DNA from: Alkalispirochaeta sp.
GTDB taxonomy: Bacteria; Spirochaetota; Spirochaetia; DSM-27196; Alkalispirochaetaceae
Reading direction: 5' to 3'
DNA length: 64,000 nucleotides
Assembly (NCBI GenBank): GCA_965242725.1
Contig: CBDESZ010000023.1
Span: 1-64,000 of the forward strand
The notes under the pieces: generated by a model
Seen by the model: only the letters and a program-made list of their open reading frames with translations
Told to the model about the DNA's origin: nothing
The model's database searches: none
Made by a program: the position numbers and the translations under genes
Shown: positions 60,574 to 64,000 of the stretch, in pieces
Position numbering within the stretch: the stretch's first letter is position 1
Layout: each line of letters begins with the position of its first letter

Positions 60574-61597
60574 TGTTACGTTCTTCGGCACTCCAGAGGC
60601 GGAAGGTAAGGGTTTCGATGGGATCGGAACCGAAGAGGCGGGTCAACGTGGATGTGAGAAGGTGGACGACGAGGGATGGCGAGGCATCGGCGCGTGTCGT
60701 CGTGATGAGAAGAATCTTTTCTCCACCGAGATGGACCGAAGCATGGGAAGGTTGCGTCAACAGGACGACGATATCGAGAATGTCATCAAGGAGGCGCTGA
60801 TAGTCGAGGTATGGATGATTTCCGAGTATCGTTTGCACCAGATGTCCCAGATCCACCTCCACCGCGTGAATTTCGCGGTTTTCGTCTGCCCCTTCTCTCT
60901 GGAACCTGGCCAGCAGCGATGGAACGTGTGCTCTCTGATAGATCGACTTTCGGCCTTTCAGGTCGAAGGGACGTTCCCGCCCTTCAAATAAACGCCGTCC
61001 TGCGTTTTCCGAGAGTGCACCGACGATGACGTTCAGGACTTCCGGATCCAGGTCAAGGAGGGGGGAGTCCAGGACCAGAAGAACCGCAACGAGGGAGTTG
61101 CGATGCGTAAAGGGGAGCAGTGCAATTTGAAATATCCGCTCCCCGTCCCGCCGTGAAAGGCGCTGAGTGATTGTTACCCGCTGCTCGTCGTCAAGCAGCA
61201 CGGCGTGGCGTCCGTCGCCGATCCACTTCTTCTCTTCATTCAGAAGTCGCAGGCGATAGGTGCTTGTCCTGTCGATACCCGCCGATGCCATCGGTATCAT
61301 CCCGCCGTCGCGGTGCGAGACGAGCAACACACCCTTGCGGACAGAAAAGTGTCGATGGAGCAGGGTGAAAAGGTGGGAAGGGGAGGTGATGCCGTAGTGG
61401 CGCTGTGTCTGCAATTCTTTTAAAAGGGCCCGCACGGCGGCGCCTGTGGATAACGTTTCTCCTTCCTTCAGATCATCAAATCCTTCGGGATCGAGGTTTT
61501 CGTCGTGAAGGAGTGAGGAGCCCCGCATGGACAGGGCTCTTCCGAAGAGGGATTCGTTATTTACCGGGCCGTCAAGCAGGCGGTCGATTAGACCCAT
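60545..61597 (-). CDS. Hypothetical protein with GAF-like region and possible degenerate GGDEF-like C-terminus
   Basis: ALLPFTHRNSLVAVLLV (GAF-like); AVEVDLGHL...LGGEKILL. Confidence 0.5.
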   Translation of the reverse strand: MGLIDRLLDGPVNNESLFGRALSMRGSSLLHDENLDPEGFDDLKEGETLSTGAAVRALLKELQTQRHYGITSPSHLFTLLHRHFSVRKGVLLVSHRDGGMIPMASAGIDRTSTYRLRLLNEEKKWIGDGRHAVLLDDEQRVTITQRLSRRDGERIFQIALLPFTHRNSLVAVLLVLDSPLLDLDPEVLNVIVGALSENAGRRLFEGRERPFDLKGRKSIYQRAHVPSLLARFQREGADENREIHAVEVDLGHLVQTILGNHPYLDYQRLLDDILDIVVLLTQPSHASVHLGGEKILLITTTRADASPSLVVHLLTSTLTRLFGSDPIETLTFRLWSAEERNSAIRDASHR

Positions 61598-61614
61598 TCT
61601 TGTTCTGTCCAGAG

Positions 61615-63366
61615 TCAGGTCTCGAGCCCGAGTTCCTCAAAGAGCCGCTTGTATACCTCGAAATGCTCGGATTTTGCGAACTCCTCGATCTTTTCGTCAG
61701 GAAGCGCTTCAAGCAATTGATCCATATAGGAGAGGACGGAGCGAATCTCTTCCTTGAGGTCGTCCGGAAGGTCCGAAATTGAGGAAGCCGAATGTGATTC
61801 TTCCTCGTCAAGGTCCAATCCCTCCTCGGGTTCCTCATCGAGAGTGAGTTCATCAGGGGATTCCTCGTCGATTGTCAACTCATCCGCTGAGCCGTCATCA
61901 AGGTCCAGTCCGCGGGGACGTTCCAGTTCATCATCTTCGAGGTCCAGATCGTCGAGGTCGTCAAGATCCAGTTCGATCTCTTCCTCTTCCTCTTCCGATT
62001 CGTCTTCACCTTCATCGGTGTCTTCGTCGGAGTATTCGTCGAGAACGTCGTCAAAATCATCGTCCAGTTCGATCTCTTCCACGCCGGCCACCGACGCCGG
62101 TTCAGTATCGGGTTCCTCTTCCTCCGGTCCGATGTCACTCTCCACCTGGTCGGCAAAGGAGTCAAATCCGTCGTCGTCCAGTTCTTCAAGGGAGTCAAGA
62201 TCGATTTCAAGCTCGTCGATATCGTCGGTCGCCGTTCCGTCGGAGTCTTCAGTGTCATCCACGAGGGAATCGATGTCGGAAAGTTCCCGGTCGATATCCA
62301 TATCAGCCAGTTCCTGTACCGCCGAATCGTCTTCTTCTTCCTCTTCCGGTGAAGGGGCGCCTTCGTCGTCGGGTTGCTCAAGAATGAAATCATCATCCAG
62401 CTCTTCAGCCTCGCCGGCCTGCTCGGTAAATTCAGCGGTATTCAGTATGTTGTCCAGCTCATCTCCGGTGAGGGCGATCGTCTCATCTTCGTCCTCGTCA
62501 AAGAAACCGGAAGGGTGTGACGCCTCGGCAGCTTCTTCCCCTTCTTCGTGGACTTCCTCGTCGACGGCAGGCGCGTCTTCCACTTTCACGCCTTCCATGT
62601 CGGGTTCGCTCTCCGCGGCGTCATCGGCCGGTACGGGAGCCTGGCGTGCACCGCGCAATGCGATCTTGAGTTCCGCGAGTTCCCGTTTTATGTCCGAAAG
62701 TTCCTGTTGAATCTGCTGGAAGGCTTCACGTTCCTGTGTGTCCATCGTGTCTGGTATAGCACTTTCATCGGGGTTTTGCAAATTTTCCTCGTCGAGAAAC
62801 TCCTCCTCGTCGGGGGTGATTCTGTTTGTCGGGCTTTCCGGGACAATGTCAATTCCCTGTTCCTCCGGCGTGAAATCGTGCTCTTCATCCACATCCAGCT
62901 CCGGAAGTTCTTCACCCTCATCGGATATCGATACGTCGTCAAACGAAAAGTCTTCAAGTTCATCGTCCGTACCGGGAATTGTGGAATCGAAGGCGTCTGC
63001 CGACCCGTACTCCTCGTCGAGAGCGGCAAAGGGATCGGTCTCTCCGTCGGGTTCCTCAATATCCAGATCGTCAAGGGATACGAGATCATCGTCCTCGTCG
63101 GAATCATCATCGACGGAGGTGCGGGGAATGGCGAAGTCATCGGTATCGTCGTCCAACGAAAGTTCATCCACATCGAGATCTTCGATGTCGGGAAGGTCGA
63201 GGTCGAAATCGTCGTCCACGTCCGCCGCCGCTCCCCCCGCCGACGGCAGGTCGGTAAAGGCGAAGTCGTCGTCCGCTTCGATGACCTCCTCCGGACCGGC
63301 TTTTACCCACACACCGTAACGTTCGAGATCTTCTTCCTGATATTCGCCATGTTTGTATTCACTCAT
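61615..63366 (-). CDS. Highly acidic, largely disordered protein with coiled coil and helical C-terminal domain
   Basis: Very D/E-rich; ordered-looking islands LERYGVWVK, QQIQQELSDIKRELAELK, DETIALTGDELDNIL, LKEEIRSVLSYMDQLLE...LFEELGL. Confidence 0.8.
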   Translation of the reverse strand: MSEYKHGEYQEEDLERYGVWVKAGPEEVIEADDDFAFTDLPSAGGAAADVDDDFDLDLPDIEDLDVDELSLDDDTDDFAIPRTSVDDDSDEDDDLVSLDDLDIEEPDGETDPFAALDEEYGSADAFDSTIPGTDDELEDFSFDDVSISDEGEELPELDVDEEHDFTPEEQGIDIVPESPTNRITPDEEEFLDEENLQNPDESAIPDTMDTQEREAFQQIQQELSDIKRELAELKIALRGARQAPVPADDAAESEPDMEGVKVEDAPAVDEEVHEEGEEAAEASHPSGFFDEDEDETIALTGDELDNILNTAEFTEQAGEAEELDDDFILEQPDDEGAPSPEEEEEDDSAVQELADMDIDRELSDIDSLVDDTEDSDGTATDDIDELEIDLDSLEELDDDGFDSFADQVESDIGPEEEEPDTEPASVAGVEEIELDDDFDDVLDEYSDEDTDEGEDESEEEEEEIELDLDDLDDLDLEDDELERPRGLDLDDGSADELTIDEESPDELTLDEEPEEGLDLDEEESHSASSISDLPDDLKEEIRSVLSYMDQLLEALPDEKIEEFAKSEHFEVYKRLFEELGLET

Positions 63367-63527
63367 ACTCTTGTCCCCCGGCCGGAGTTATCTTCTAACG
63401 TTACAAACGTCGGAATAATCATATCTATAGTTTAACGAAAAGTAACAAAAACAGGTACCGATCGTCCCGGCGGCAAATGACCGTATTTTATTCAAGCCCG
63501 TCGATGAGTCGACCGTAATTTGGAGTG

Positions 63528-64000
63528 ATGAGGCTCTCCCACTTTCTCGGCATCGCGCTGCTCGGCGTGTCTACATACCTTCTGTTGGAACTTCTTTTTG
63601 GTAGCTACGGTGTAGTGGCCTATCGCGTCGTGACTGATTACGTACAAGAGGCGGAGGCGCAACTGGTGGAGCTCCGGGAGACACACGATGAACTGGAGCG
63701 GTTGGCCCGGCGCCTGTCGTCCGACCGCGAAACGGTACGTCTTGAGGCCCGGGATGTCGGGTATATCCGGGAGGATGAAGTGGTGGTGCGGGTGGAAGGA
63801 CATCAGCCGCGTCCGCGGCATCGGTACTACCCGGGGGCGATTCCCGTCGCTCCGCCTCCGTTACAGGACAATCGTCCGCTCTTTCGCGCCATTGCCCTCG
63901 TCGTCTCCCTCGTCGCGTTGCTTGTGAAAACGTTGCTCACCACCGCCGGTCTTGAATCTCCTCATGCCGGAGCTCCCGGGACAAAACGGGACGAGCAGTG
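63528..64000 (+). CDS. Septum formation initiator FtsB/DivIC family (runs to the window edge)
   Basis: MRLSHF..TM..FGSYG, coiled coil, ETVRLEARDVGYIREDE; absent from the ORF track because no stop codon lies inside the window. Confidence 0.8.
   Translation, partial: MRLSHFLGIALLGVSTYLLLELLFGSYGVVAYRVVTDYVQEAEAQLVELRETHDELERLARRLSSDRETVRLEARDVGYIREDEVVVRVEGHQPRPRHRYYPGAIPVAPPPLQDNRPLFRAIALVVSLVALLVKTLLTTAGLESPHAGAPGTKRDEQ

Noticed and set aside
61754..63319. Ser-rich plus-strand ORFs
   Set aside because: Antisense reading of GAC/GAA/GAG codons of the acidic protein gene
1..64000. tRNA, rRNA, CRISPR array, transposase or integrase
   Set aside because: None recognised; intergenic regions are short and explained by promoters and terminators

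Overview
GC-rich bacterial chromosomal window, most likely from a free-living spirochaete (Spirochaetales). This is inferred from gene order (rpoZ-miaA-bS22-cdaA-cdaR-acpS-DUF2225-truA-udg-priA-def-fmt-PASTA-ileS), FAxG-type signal peptides and a type-2 IleRS. Most of the window is housekeeping: leuA, parC, ackA/coaX, topA, hisHF, aroB, hrpA, hisS, rnz, ftsB. No rRNA, tRNA, CRISPR array or IS element was found. Main points of interest: (1) an ~11 kb catabolic island (TctBAC transporter, atypical PdxA, HPS/KGPDC-like enzyme, aldo-keto reductase, VOC, cupin, DhaK/DhaL, RpiB/DerI-like isomerase) that matches no pathway I know, with three copies of a 15-bp candidate GntR operator; (2) a complete leucine attenuator upstream of leuA; (3) an unannotated ~80-nt structured RNA upstream of rnz with promoter, possible pseudoknot and terminator; (4) small genes, namely ribosomal bS22 (missed by the ORF track) and a 65-aa basic protein; (5) an operon joining a very acidic scaffold-like protein, two degenerate GGDEF-like proteins and two Maf/DUF115 proteins; (6) an MNT/HepT pair with a truncated toxin. 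leuA and miaA carry +1 insertions in G/C homopolymers that are probably sequencing errors. All family assignments come from motif recognition, not database searches.
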